From: a virus
Length of the DNA stretch: 64,000 nt
IMG/VR virus record: IMGVR_UViG_3300002307_000001
Location: 61,269 to 125,268 of that record
Reading direction: 5' to 3' (one strand)
Notes under the pieces: model-generated
The model's database searches: none
What the model saw: the letters and a program-made list of their open reading frames with translations, nothing else
What the model was told of the DNA's origin: nothing
Program-made: the position numbers and the translations under genes
Shown: one piece after another, positions 11,155 through 21,218 of the stretch
How the letters are laid out: every line of letters starts with the position of its first letter
Position numbering within the stretch: the first letter of the stretch is position 1

Positions 11155-12069
11155 TTAAGGTAAAGGTAGAGAGAATCTCTCTGTATCTATAATGGTGGTA
11201 TCAGGCCAAACAGCTTTCATTGTAAATAAAGTTCCTGAATCCAATGGATTAGATCCTTTTACAAGAGGAATAATTGCATTTCTGGCACCTAGTGGACCTG
11301 TAGAAAGAATAACACTACCGATAAGAGTAATGTCGTCATATACTTCAAGTTCAACTGAAGTAAAAGATGTCATGTAAAAATAAGAAAGGATATAAGAAAC
11401 AAGTAAATTACCAGCAAGTACTGTTGTACCATCTACATCTATTTCTGTTGGATTAAATGCATCTATTGTAAAAGATGGTAATGATATTGGTGCACCATTC
11501 CATACAGGTTCTGCATCTCCACCAAAATAGAACTTAAAATAAGATGGTGTAAGTATGGGATCTAATATTTGTAATGCTCCTTTATTATCAAATTCCGGTA
11601 TATATTGAGTAATTGTTAAATCTGAAAGACTAACACCTTGGGCATATCCACCAGATACAATATCAGTATATGACGTACTATTTGCAGGATAATTAAATGT
11701 AAAAGAATGAGTACCAGGTGCACCATGAAATGTTATAACATACGTACCTGTAATTTTAAGTAAATAAGGATTTGGATATAATGAAGTTACTGTTATTGCT
11801 ACTTCACGTAAGTTATTTAATGTTCCTGTAATGCTAAAAGTTGAATAAGCATTTATTCCAAATGGTGCACCTGTAGCAGTACTACCTGAACAACAATCTG
11901 AAATTACTACACCTTCATAACATGTAGGAGCATTTACAACAATTGTTGCAGTAGTCCCTGATGTAACTAATTCATTATAACTACTATCAGCTTTTCTTCT
12001 ATATTCAGCTTTAAAACCACAAGTTGGTCTTGGTGAAGGTGCTGTCCATGTTAAATTCAAATTCATCAT
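11155..12069 (-). CDS. Virion accessory protein with an FN3/Ig-like N-terminus
   Basis: LNLTWTAPS...EYRRKADSSY; beta-rich. Confidence 0.5.
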   Translation of the reverse strand: MMNLNLTWTAPSPRPTCGFKAEYRRKADSSYNELVTSGTTATIVVNAPTCYEGVVISDCCSGSTATGAPFGINAYSTFSITGTLNNLREVAITVTSLYPNPYLLKITGTYVITFHGAPGTHSFTFNYPANSTSYTDIVSGGYAQGVSLSDLTITQYIPEFDNKGALQILDPILTPSYFKFYFGGDAEPVWNGAPISLPSFTIDAFNPTEIDVDGTTVLAGNLLVSYILSYFYMTSFTSVELEVYDDITLIGSVILSTGPLGARNAIIPLVKGSNPLDSGTLFTMKAVWPDTTIIDTERFSLPLP

Positions 12070-12087
12070 TGTAGTATTGTTACGTTA

Positions 12088-12759
12088 TTATATAGTAGTA
12101 AGTGTTGCTATTACATTTGTTGCAGGTGAACATGTTGCTGTTCCACTTGTAGTAAATTCAAAAATAAATAGTTGACTAAATTGATTTGCTACAGGCGTAA
12201 TGGTTAATATGTAATTAGTTGTTGTCAAAAGACCGGTAAAAGTACTTGATAATGTTTCTGGAAATGATATAGGTGTCAATACTGTAGTAGCTACTATTGT
12301 TGTAGGTGCTGCAGCAGTTGCAAGTTGAACAGTATATGAATCAATATCAACAGATAAATTACTAAAAGAATATCCTACAGTTGTACTAGTTGGAGATGTA
12401 ATAACTTCAAGATCAGCAAATCCAATACCTTGAGATATAGCAGATAAAGGATTATCTGCACCATTTAGATTCTGTATTTGAAAATCATAAATACGATTAT
12501 TAGCTAAAACTGTTACAGGAGAATTTTCTGGAATAGTAATAGTTGTTGCAGAAGATGAGTCAATAAGATATGATGTCCAAATAGAATCACCCATTAAGCG
12601 ATATTTAACTTTAAAGTTAGTAGTGCCTATTGTATTGTCGCATATTACTGGTATATGAAAAGTTGCCATTATTTTAATCTTTATGGTAATGTTACTGTTA
12701 TTGGACCTAATACAGGAGTAGTTGATCCCACAATTGGGCATACTGCAACTATTTGACAA
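12088..12759 (-). CDS. FN3-like domain virion protein (true start probably MATFHIP near 12669)
   Basis: FKVKYRLMGDSIW, YDFQIQ, FTGLLTTTNYILTITP. Confidence 0.55.
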   Translation of the reverse strand: MSNSCSMPNCGINYSCIRSNNSNITIKIKIMATFHIPVICDNTIGTTNFKVKYRLMGDSIWTSYLIDSSSATTITIPENSPVTVLANNRIYDFQIQNLNGADNPLSAISQGIGFADLEVITSPTSTTVGYSFSNLSVDIDSYTVQLATAAAPTTIVATTVLTPISFPETLSSTFTGLLTTTNYILTITPVANQFSQLFIFEFTTSGTATCSPATNVIATLTTI

Positions 12760-13148
12760 AATGCTTGTTTTAGTAATGGAGATGATGCTATTCTTTGAAG
12801 AAATGACAACATGTATGTATCACTACAAAGAAAATTAGCAAAACCTGTTACAGATGCCCCTGCTGCTAAACCAATACATGCAACTTCTGGAAGTATGACA
12901 CAATCTGATGATATTGTTTCAGCACACTGTGGGCAATTTATTGGATTTGTAGTACTAGGAGAACTACCTGTAGTAGATACACAGATACCCATTGGATAAG
13001 CATTACTTACAGTAAAACTGTAACCAGAAGGACAACATCCACATGCTACAGGTTGCGGCATTACAGTATAATCAGGTGGACATCCACATGTATTACCTTG
13101 TGCACATTGATTACATATATTAGCAGGTATAGAACTACAGTTACACAT
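12681..13148 (-). CDS. Cys-rich fibre/hub-associated protein
   Basis: 155 aa, very Cys-rich, ISSDCV motif. Confidence 0.5.
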   Translation of the reverse strand: MCNCSSIPANICNQCAQGNTCGCPPDYTVMPQPVACGCCPSGYSFTVSNAYPMGICVSTTGSSPSTTNPINCPQCAETISSDCVILPEVACIGLAAGASVTGFANFLCSDTYMLSFLQRIASSPLLKQAFCQIVAVCPIVGSTTPVLGPITVTLP

Positions 13149-13150
13149 GG

Positions 13151-14368
13151 TTATTTATAAGCTATATAATTAATAATAAGGGTGCCACTTGTATCAACAG
13201 TTCTACCAAAGTTTATTGTTGCACCTCCTGCATTAAATGTTATAAAGTAAGGATTAGCAGCAAGTAATGTAGCTGTTTTACCATCACCTGGTTGAACACT
13301 TACAAAACTTGGGGTATACGTTAACTCTGATATTAATACAAATGATGTTACAGTACCTTCATTTATAGTAGCTGTTCCTACATTGTAAGGACAACAACTA
13401 CCACAAGGTGATCCTCCCTGTGTTGTTGTATTGTGTATAACAGTTTTTTGACAAGTTATTCCATATGTTGAGTTTTGTAAATAACTTTCAATAGTTACTG
13501 TATAATAATTTGTAGTTGTTGAAAGACTTGTAGAACTAAGTATAATATCTAAAGATGCACTACCCGGTGTAGAAAGTCCAACAATATCAATAGCTGCACT
13601 ATATCTATTACCCTGACCATCTGTAATATTTATAGTACTATTGTTTCCAGGATCAGTATAATCAGGTGGTATAAATGAATAACCACTAAAGAATACTAAT
13701 ATAGCTGTATTGACAGCACTTGATGTTTTAACAATTGGAGAAAAATCAATAATAACCTGACTACATGTTGGTGTTATTGCACCTATGGCATTTGTTATAC
13801 CTGTACGAGAATCAAGGTATGATATCCACAAGTTATTAATAGCATCTGCTACAGTTCCAGGAGATGTAACCCACCCTGTTAATCCTGACATTGCACTATT
13901 TTGACTAAATGCCGGTGCAGGGTTTAAGAAACCTGGTGTTTCTGCTAATATAGCTGATGTAAGAGCACTTGATGTACCTAATACCGGTTTATAATCACAA
14001 AGATCTTGTGTTAATAACTCCACCATGTCTGTTACTAAAATAGCTGAACTACCGTTATAGCAGTAGCCATTTACATAAGGTACAGTTGTGCCGGATATTT
14101 CAAGAGCTGTTACTCTTTGATCAAGTGATGTAATATTTCCTTGGTACTGTATAAGTATATTATTAACATTATTATACAAATCAATTTGATCACTTAAAAT
14201 AGCACCTATTCGAGAAATATACCCAGTAGTTGGACTATCTATAACAATGTTACCCACCATACCAATAGGTAACATCTCTGTTACTATTATACCAGCCTCA
14301 GTAAGAAATCTAAGATTTTTAGCTACTACTAAAGGAGTATTTGATACATATGGTTGTAAAGGTGGCAT
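13151..14368 (-). CDS. Tail fibre-like structural protein
   Basis: Coiled segment ITSLDQRVTALE, then beta-rich domains; structural module context. Confidence 0.5.
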   Translation of the reverse strand: MPPLQPYVSNTPLVVAKNLRFLTEAGIIVTEMLPIGMVGNIVIDSPTTGYISRIGAILSDQIDLYNNVNNILIQYQGNITSLDQRVTALEISGTTVPYVNGYCYNGSSAILVTDMVELLTQDLCDYKPVLGTSSALTSAILAETPGFLNPAPAFSQNSAMSGLTGWVTSPGTVADAINNLWISYLDSRTGITNAIGAITPTCSQVIIDFSPIVKTSSAVNTAILVFFSGYSFIPPDYTDPGNNSTINITDGQGNRYSAAIDIVGLSTPGSASLDIILSSTSLSTTTNYYTVTIESYLQNSTYGITCQKTVIHNTTTQGGSPCGSCCPYNVGTATINEGTVTSFVLISELTYTPSFVSVQPGDGKTATLLAANPYFITFNAGGATINFGRTVDTSGTLIINYIAYK

Positions 14369-14385
14369 ATAAATAATTTTAATAA

Positions 14386-15039
14386 TTATACAAGATTAAA
14401 TTCAGTTCCTCCAAATGTTATTACAAATTTATCATTACTTAAACCAGCAAGTGTATTTGTAATTATAAGTAATTGTAATTGATTTGATCCGGCATCTAAT
14501 ACTAAATAAGCTCTTGCTGTTTTTATAAATCTTTGGGCAGATTGATCAGAAGAAATATCAACAAGAATTAATTGACTTTTCCAGTTATTTGGAAAACATG
14601 TAGCAGGTATAGTAGTAAGTTTTAATAATGCCCAACCACTAGGTGCTTCAAATCCTATATTAATATTTATTGTCCCTCTTATTTTAAGATTACCATCTGC
14701 TGTCCATAAATACATAGGATTATCAGTAGCAATGACTAATGTTGGTGATATAAGTGTTGTATAACTTCCACTATAATTATAATATAAAGAACAACCTACA
14801 CCTGTAACAGAAGATGCTATGTCTAAATTAAAATCAACCCAATTCCCAGTAATACAAGGATTAATAGGAGCAGATGATCCACAACATGTTGATTGTAATT
14901 GCATAATAACATCTGTAATAGATGCTCCTTTGCAAATTGATAATCCTGATATTGCAGGACCTCCCCATGCAACACAATTTGAACTGGTAATATCGCTACA
15001 TGTATTAGACAATAAGTTACTTTTTATAGGATCTGCCAT
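14386..15039 (-). CDS. Fibre protein
   Basis: CSDITSSNCVAWGGPAI N-terminal motif; C-terminal GNLKIRGTI...LTTIPATCFP receptor-binding-like domain. Confidence 0.55.
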   Translation of the reverse strand: MADPIKSNLLSNTCSDITSSNCVAWGGPAISGLSICKGASITDVIMQLQSTCCGSSAPINPCITGNWVDFNLDIASSVTGVGCSLYYNYSGSYTTLISPTLVIATDNPMYLWTADGNLKIRGTININIGFEAPSGWALLKLTTIPATCFPNNWKSQLILVDISSDQSAQRFIKTARAYLVLDAGSNQLQLLIITNTLAGLSNDKFVITFGGTEFNLV

Positions 15040-15076
15040 CTTACTTTAAATATACAAAATTATTTTGAGAAATATA

Positions 15077-15583
15077 CTATATAGTAAAAGTATTTATTAA
15101 TATCTGATTTACATTTTGTGGCCAGTTAGAAATATGACCAAATGCACTCAATGGAGGATTTAATACACATAATCCTTGTGGATACACCTGCCCATAACTC
15201 ATAATAGTAATATCAGGTGTTATTGCAATAATTCCTGTACAACCACTAGGTGATATACAAGGTACACATGATCCTGGTAATAAAGACGAAGGTTGTGTAC
15301 CTGGTGGACAACCACCTATTGTACAGTAACCATTTCCATTTGAATCTACGCCATATGTATAACCCGGTGCACATGTATAACTAGTTTTTGAAACATTCTT
15401 ACACAGCTCATTATTACAATCATTCAATAATTGCCAATCAGCTAGTTTTTTTCTAATAAGAGCAAGATAAGGATCTACAATTCTATAACCAACTGTAATG
15501 CCCCACTCATCTTTCATATAACCAGCATATGCAACATTGCAATAATCTTTGTTGATTGTTTTTATTGCTGCTTTGAAATTCAT
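15077..15583 (-). CDS. Cys-rich structural protein
   Basis: CAPGY...CPPGT...C repeats. Confidence 0.45.
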   Translation of the reverse strand: MNFKAAIKTINKDYCNVAYAGYMKDEWGITVGYRIVDPYLALIRKKLADWQLLNDCNNELCKNVSKTSYTCAPGYTYGVDSNGNGYCTIGGCPPGTQPSSLLPGSCVPCISPSGCTGIIAITPDITIMSYGQVYPQGLCVLNPPLSAFGHISNWPQNVNQILINTFTI

Positions 15584-15765
15584 GGAGTTGATTTTTTGGC
15601 ATTTAAAATCTGAGCATCAATACTAGGTTTACAAATAACACAGACTGTTCTATTATCTAATGTTTGTGTTCTAGCTATTCCACAAAAACACCGCCCACAA
15701 CTTGGGCAATGTGTCAAATGTACTTGTTGGTTCTGCGGTATCATATTAACATCTATTTGGTTCAA
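15580..15765 (-). CDS. Small zinc-finger protein
   Basis: CPSCGRCFCG...CVIC; overlaps neighbouring start and stop codons. Confidence 0.5.
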   Translation of the reverse strand: MNQIDVNMIPQNQQVHLTHCPSCGRCFCGIARTQTLDNRTVCVICKPSIDAQILNAKKSTP

Positions 15766-16369
15766 AACTCATTTTATCCATTAAACCAATTGCAAACCTG
15801 TATAGGTTCATGCCATCGGTAAACTGGTGTTCATTTTCTACAGTAGCTTTTGCAGCTATCAGATAATTGTAAATAGTTTCTAAAGATCTTATCTGATAAT
15901 CTGTTTCCTGACTTGGTAGACAAGGTGTAAGTCCTATTCTGCAAAGTAAGTTATAATATCTGTTTAATGCTTGTACTATTCTAAGTATTTTATATTCTAC
16001 AAACACCTGATCATTTGGTGCCACTGAATATCTGATATTATACATACCATCTGGTAATGCAGGACAACTAGTTCCACAATCAAGTGGTGGACTAATTCCT
16101 AACATACATGAATTTAATATAAGCCTAGAATTTCCATATCTTATATCAATAGATGTAGGTGTATAAAAACCCGGAGAAGTTATCTGTATGTTAGAACAAG
16201 ATACTTGAAATTTATCACATGGTATTTGATTTGGAATTGTACCTATTGATGTAGCACTTGTACTTGATGTATTTATGAGATTTGGGTCATATATAGATAT
16301 GTCATCAATGAGTAATATCCCCTCATTTGTAGTATCCGGAAAATTAAGTTGTAATATATGCTTTCTCAT
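15746..16369 (-). CDS. Conserved crAss-like structural protein
   Basis: LPDGMYNIRYSVAP motif; follows the major structural gene. Confidence 0.65.
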   Translation of the reverse strand: MRKHILQLNFPDTTNEGILLIDDISIYDPNLINTSSTSATSIGTIPNQIPCDKFQVSCSNIQITSPGFYTPTSIDIRYGNSRLILNSCMLGISPPLDCGTSCPALPDGMYNIRYSVAPNDQVFVEYKILRIVQALNRYYNLLCRIGLTPCLPSQETDYQIRSLETIYNYLIAAKATVENEHQFTDGMNLYRFAIGLMDKMSFEPNRC

Positions 16370-16382
16370 AATGTATAAATAA

Positions 16383-16422
16383 AGAGAGAGGAAGAGGGTT
16401 GATTTCCACCCTTCCCCTCTCT
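16383..16422 (-). terminator. Putative intrinsic terminator
   Basis: AGAGAGGAAGAGGGT...ACCCTTCCCCTCTCT imperfect hairpin after the 461 aa gene. Confidence 0.55.
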
Positions 16423-16442
16423 AAGTTATTAAATACTATTTA

Positions 16443-17828
16443 TTATATACCACTACCGTCATTAGCGGTTATTTCCAGTGTTACCGGACTAGCCACAGCA
16501 GTTAATGCTGCACTAAGAACATCAGTAAATGAATTAGTAGTAGTTCCTGTTGGAACATAAACAATCTCAGTATACTCATCATTGTCATGAACAGCCTGGC
16601 TATTCTGTGGTCTAAAGATATTGTATACAATTGCAATACTATCGTAGTAAGCCTGACGATTGATATTATCCAGTATCCAGTTCTGATTTTCAATCTCCCT
16701 CATACGGTAGCTATCTACAAAGATGCTATCTGCAAAGTGATCCTGACGATATCTTTCTGACTGTATAATTTCACGAACAACTTGCTCACCTAATCCCTTT
16801 GGATATTTAGGAGCTTGTTTTTCATAAAACATGTTAGGTACAGACGTGTTGATTGTTGTATGCCATGTACATGATCCAAAATTATCAAGATTAGAGAAAT
16901 TTCCGGTCATCAATGAAGCATGACAGAAGATTGGCTCAATTTCAAAATAATCAGATGGTGTAAATGTACAGTTGTTATAGTTAGTCTGGTAGTAAGAACC
17001 TGTTAACTGGAAAGCAGCTATTACTGTTGAAGGATTAACTGTATTGCATGTATATGCACCTGCTGCTATTACTGCAGCATTTTCAACACTTGTACCATAA
17101 TTACCAGCAATTGCAGCTTGTAAATCCAGTGCACTATAAACCTGTCCAATACCTTTTACAAATACTGCAGGCATAAAGAACTGTGTCAAGTAAGGTATTT
17201 CACCTGCATTAGAGTTCATTGATGGGGCACCAACACCTGGGTTATAAGTACCATAACGCATGAAATCATTCCATTGCAACATGATACAAGCCGGGTCAAC
17301 TACAGTTGCTGTACAACCTGAACTGCAATCTGTACTGCAGCAACCACCATAAGCAGGAAGAGTTACATACAACTGGTGATTAAGAAGACGAAGTGCTGGA
17401 GATCCAATAAGATCCAAACGCAGCATATATGATTCACCGCAATAGAAAACAGGCCCTACAGTTGAACCAGAACTCTGGTCCCAACCAATTGATACTATTT
17501 GCTGTTGTGCAGCTTGAGCTTTTGATTTTATAAAACGTGTTACCCTACGTGGGTCAATTGCCTTACTGTAATAAGGTGCTTTAAGACCACCATAAAAAGG
17601 TGCAATCTTATCAACATCATGCCAACTACCTACTACCATTTTCAAAGTAGTGGTTGTGTTACCTGATGTAAGGTTGCCCTCAATACCATTAGGTGCAGTG
17701 CAGAAACCAATCACACCTGCTGTCAGGGATTCAGTTGTACCTGTAGTTTGTGTTGCAATAACGTAACTACCTGGATTACCTGTAACTTTGGCTAGGTAAG
17801 CCCGTCTAAACGAATAAGGAAAAATCAT
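16443..17828 (-). CDS. Major structural protein (auxiliary capsid-type, crAss-like)
   Basis: 461 aa; SKAIDPR, YMLRLDLIGSPALR, GLGEQV; own structured leader and terminator. Confidence 0.65.
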   Translation of the reverse strand: MIFPYSFRRAYLAKVTGNPGSYVIATQTTGTTESLTAGVIGFCTAPNGIEGNLTSGNTTTTLKMVVGSWHDVDKIAPFYGGLKAPYYSKAIDPRRVTRFIKSKAQAAQQQIVSIGWDQSSGSTVGPVFYCGESYMLRLDLIGSPALRLLNHQLYVTLPAYGGCCSTDCSSGCTATVVDPACIMLQWNDFMRYGTYNPGVGAPSMNSNAGEIPYLTQFFMPAVFVKGIGQVYSALDLQAAIAGNYGTSVENAAVIAAGAYTCNTVNPSTVIAAFQLTGSYYQTNYNNCTFTPSDYFEIEPIFCHASLMTGNFSNLDNFGSCTWHTTINTSVPNMFYEKQAPKYPKGLGEQVVREIIQSERYRQDHFADSIFVDSYRMREIENQNWILDNINRQAYYDSIAIVYNIFRPQNSQAVHDNDEYTEIVYVPTGTTTNSFTDVLSAALTAVASPVTLEITANDGSGI

Positions 17829-17945
17829 TTCTAAAAAATTTTATGTTTCATCCAGGTATCCTGAACGGAGAGAGTATCTTCCCCCCTCAATATTAATATA
17901 CGTATTATTTGTTTTCTAACAAACTATTTTGGGATATTTTTTATT

Positions 17946-18650
17946 TTAATTCTTAGTTTTTATTGAGTAGAGGTTAAATGTTATTCCTATTCCTACTACT
18001 GGCACTATTTTACCGGTATAAGCAATTCCCAAAAAGGGACCCACAACTGCAAGTGTTTTTGGTATGGCACTTGCATAACTGTATCCTTGTTGTGGTATAA
18101 ATAATTCGTTGGTATGGTAGATCTTGACGTTGAGTTCATCTGACCTGAACAATCGCTTAGTAATAACACTAACATAAGTAGCAGTATCAGGAGAAAGCTG
18201 CATATGGAAATCACCAATTCGTGTTGCGTAATTTCCGTGATAACAGAGGAAATATTCTTTTGTAATGATACTATCAGCAATTGTATGCCTGAAAGTATCC
18301 AAGTAAATAGTTTTCGTAGTGGGAGCATGCTTATCAATAGTAGTTGTTGTACTTGTAACATCAGATATGCTACCAGGTTTTGCACCAATAGCTTTAGCAA
18401 TAGAATCTACTATGTGCTTCATTTGTTCGGGTGTATACAAAGTTCCAGATACTTGTGTATAACCTATCCCTTTTTTATCTGTCTTTTGTTCAGTTGGTTT
18501 GTATTTGGGTTGAATTACCTGTACAGGTCCAGTAACAGGCTGACAACTTCTTATATAAAATACAAGTAGCACTACAATAATTATCATATAACCAAAGTCT
18601 TTCCATGCAAAGTCTTTAAGGTAATCTTTCAACCATTGTAATGCTATCAT
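17946..18650 (-). CDS. Membrane-anchored protein, spanin-like
   Basis: N-terminal TM followed by RSCQ; C-terminal VGPFLGIAY...VVGIGITFNL as in Bacteroidota phage spanin-like proteins. Confidence 0.5.
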   Translation of the reverse strand: MIALQWLKDYLKDFAWKDFGYMIIIVVLLVFYIRSCQPVTGPVQVIQPKYKPTEQKTDKKGIGYTQVSGTLYTPEQMKHIVDSIAKAIGAKPGSISDVTSTTTTIDKHAPTTKTIYLDTFRHTIADSIITKEYFLCYHGNYATRIGDFHMQLSPDTATYVSVITKRLFRSDELNVKIYHTNELFIPQQGYSYASAIPKTLAVVGPFLGIAYTGKIVPVVGIGITFNLYSIKTKN

Positions 18651-18661
18651 ATGTATTTGTT

Positions 18662-18982
18662 TTATTTGGATATTAAAGAATATCTCTTTCTTAATCCTGT
18701 TTGATCCGGCAATATTCCTTCTTCATGAACAACAGTAACTGTTTTTTGATCATTACTGTTCTTACAAGGATTCATTCCCTTGATCTGATCTTTTAAATTG
18801 TCTATTTCGGTCTTTTGTATTCCATTCTGTACCAATAATGTTTCAACTTTACTATCTATTGAATTAAGCTTTTCATAAGCCACTTTTCCAAACCATGCAA
18901 AAAATGCAAGAGTGATTCCTAAAAGATAAATAAATGCTTTGTTATACTCAATATTTCCTTTGTTAGTTGTATCTACAGACAT
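18662..18982 (-). CDS. Single-TM coiled-coil protein, holin-like
   Basis: One hydrophobic helix followed by heptads. Confidence 0.45.
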   Translation of the reverse strand: MSVDTTNKGNIEYNKAFIYLLGITLAFFAWFGKVAYEKLNSIDSKVETLLVQNGIQKTEIDNLKDQIKGMNPCKNSNDQKTVTVVHEEGILPDQTGLRKRYSLISK

Positions 18983-19075
18983 TACACTAGTGTTTTATAA
19001 TATTAAGATAGAAAAACTTTTGGAAAGCACCTAATAAAATTACAAATTGTTAGTAGTTTTTTAGTGGTTTTTATT

Positions 19076-19345
19076 CTATTCTTGTTTATCACTGTATGGT
19101 AAAGCTTCCGGTTTACCATTAACAATCTTACGTCCCATTAGTATACCTGCTCCTATACCAGTCATTACTACAGATTGTGTAACTAAATTAGTATCTTTAG
19201 ATATACCACCATATAAAAAACCAAGCCCTCCTATAAATACAATATATGCACCTGCTAAAGGTAATATTGAACTTTTACCGTTACTATCACTAAATGCTTG
19301 CCCCCAAGAGAAATTAAATAGTTGTTTAATTTTTTCTATGTTCAT
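19076..19345 (-). CDS. Two-TM small membrane protein, holin-like
   Basis: FSDSNGKSS followed by two TM helices. Confidence 0.5.
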   Translation of the reverse strand: MNIEKIKQLFNFSWGQAFSDSNGKSSILPLAGAYIVFIGGLGFLYGGISKDTNLVTQSVVMTGIGAGILMGRKIVNGKPEALPYSDKQE

Positions 19346-19350
19346 AAAAA

Positions 19351-20979
19351 TTAATTTACAAATGTTGATGAATATTGTACTGAAGTAGCAGATAATACTC
19401 TCCAGTTTAGATTATTAGAAAAAGTTCCTTGCCACACCCATATTGTCTGACCTGCAGAACTATCTATATCAGTTGCTGTTATGTATTGGTTGTTTTGTGT
19501 AGCACCGTTAGCAAGTATAAATGTTGCTCTTGTGCCAGGAGTTAACGACTTAATTGATGGTGTTGCTATTGATGAATTATTAAGAAATGTCATTGTATTA
19601 TTAACCATATATGTATTACTTACTGTTAAACCAATATAACCATTTGATGCTGCCGTACAAATTAATGTATTTACTGTAAATCCAGAAATTCCTGTAAAAG
19701 GAAATGCTGGTACTACTCCATTAATTGGTAAGGTCATTGTTGTAACTAATAATGTAGAATTTAAAATTATTGCAGTAACTGGAATTGTACAAGTAAATGT
19801 AGACCATTGAATAAATCCTGAATTTATAGTTATATTTCCACTATTTAATGATGCATAACCGCAAACAAATACTGAGGAAGTTGCATTTATAGTTCCAGCA
19901 GTATATGTAAATGAGTTACCTATAAAATTGTTTATAGTTATTGTTCCTGCTGTATTTATAATTAAAGATCCATTTAAACCATTATTTGTCATGTTTAGTG
20001 TGCCAGTTCCTGCCATTACAATACTATTTGCTGAAAGTGAAGGATTTGTAACTGCACCACCTCCATTTGTCAATACTGTTAAATTTCCATTAGCATAAAC
20101 TGTATAAGCACCATTTATTGTTACAGAACTATTTGCTCCTGCATTCTGTAAAGTATTACAAGATGTTAGATTACTACTAATAGTAATATTACAATTTATA
20201 GTACCTATAGGACATAGTATAAGTATATAAAAATTAATACCTGTACTATTAATAACACTTGTACTATTGGAACTATTTGTATTTAACACAGCATTATTTG
20301 CTAATTGTACTGTGCTTGTATTCATATTGGTAGTACCTGATACATAAATCAAAGATGTAACTCCTGTTATTGTTCCTGTAAAAGAATATGTACCTACACC
20401 TGCATCTATTACAATAGGATTAGACAATGCATTACTGCCTGTATGAGTTGTATTAGAACCAAATGTAAATTGAGATGTACCAGATACTCCACCTGTTGTT
20501 ACACCTGTACCACTAAATAATATATTACCATGTGTAGAATCAGTTCTATTTAATACACACCCTCCACTCAAAGTAGTCGCTCCTGAAAAAGTCCAGTTAT
20601 CTACAAAAGTTAAAGTAACTGCAGATGAACATGTAAATTTTGGTAGAAATGTAAGACCATTACTAGTAAGAGATGATGTTGCATTTACTATCCAAGTACC
20701 TGTACCACCAAATAACATGCCTATACCAAGTGTAACATTACCTGATATAGTCAAATTAACATTTGCAGTAAGTGTACCGGTATAACCTGTAATATTAATA
20801 CTTTTGCACACACCTGCAGTTGTACTTATAGTACATGCACTATTAGAACCACTATTGACTATAACATCATCAGTAGCAGTTGGAATAACACCTGCAGAAG
20901 CACCTGATGAAGAACTTGTACTCCAACTAGTTGTTACATTCCATCCTGTAGCTACGTTTCTATAATATAATGTTGCCAT
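19351..20979 (-). CDS. Beta-helix/solenoid tail fibre or spike
   Basis: WNVTTSWSTSSSSG...IPTATDDVI; T/S/N/G-rich; ATDIDSSAGQTI...NWR C-terminus. Confidence 0.65.
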   Translation of the reverse strand: MATLYYRNVATGWNVTTSWSTSSSSGASAGVIPTATDDVIVNSGSNSACTISTTAGVCKSINITGYTGTLTANVNLTISGNVTLGIGMLFGGTGTWIVNATSSLTSNGLTFLPKFTCSSAVTLTFVDNWTFSGATTLSGGCVLNRTDSTHGNILFSGTGVTTGGVSGTSQFTFGSNTTHTGSNALSNPIVIDAGVGTYSFTGTITGVTSLIYVSGTTNMNTSTVQLANNAVLNTNSSNSTSVINSTGINFYILILCPIGTINCNITISSNLTSCNTLQNAGANSSVTINGAYTVYANGNLTVLTNGGGAVTNPSLSANSIVMAGTGTLNMTNNGLNGSLIINTAGTITINNFIGNSFTYTAGTINATSSVFVCGYASLNSGNITINSGFIQWSTFTCTIPVTAIILNSTLLVTTMTLPINGVVPAFPFTGISGFTVNTLICTAASNGYIGLTVSNTYMVNNTMTFLNNSSIATPSIKSLTPGTRATFILANGATQNNQYITATDIDSSAGQTIWVWQGTFSNNLNWRVLSATSVQYSSTFVN

Positions 20980-21218
20980 TAAAATGTTACTATTTCACCT
21001 GTTATTATTGTGGGTACAAATTCAATTAGAGCTGACATTGCTTCAATTTTTGACTGTTCTGAAATAGCTCTGTTTTTTATGTTCTGATCTATTTCTTCAT
21101 TTGACTCTGGTCTAAAATGAGGAATATCTATTGTCATTGAACTTGATATAAGTTGCAACTCAACTGTTGTTATTACAGTATCCTCTACATGAGATACGTT
21201 AATTATTTTATATGTCAT
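20979..21218 (-). CDS. Small fibre-associated protein (start MTYKIINV)
   Basis: Start and stop overlap both flanking fibre genes; the track's longer N-terminus overlaps the upstream gene. Confidence 0.5.
   Translation of the reverse strand: MTYKIINVSHVEDTVITTVELQLISSSMTIDIPHFRPESNEEIDQNIKNRAISEQSKIEAMSALIEFVPTIITGEIVTF

Noticed and set aside
17946-19345. Complete lysis cassette
   Set aside because: No recognisable endolysin nearby; the holin and spanin calls rest only on topology.
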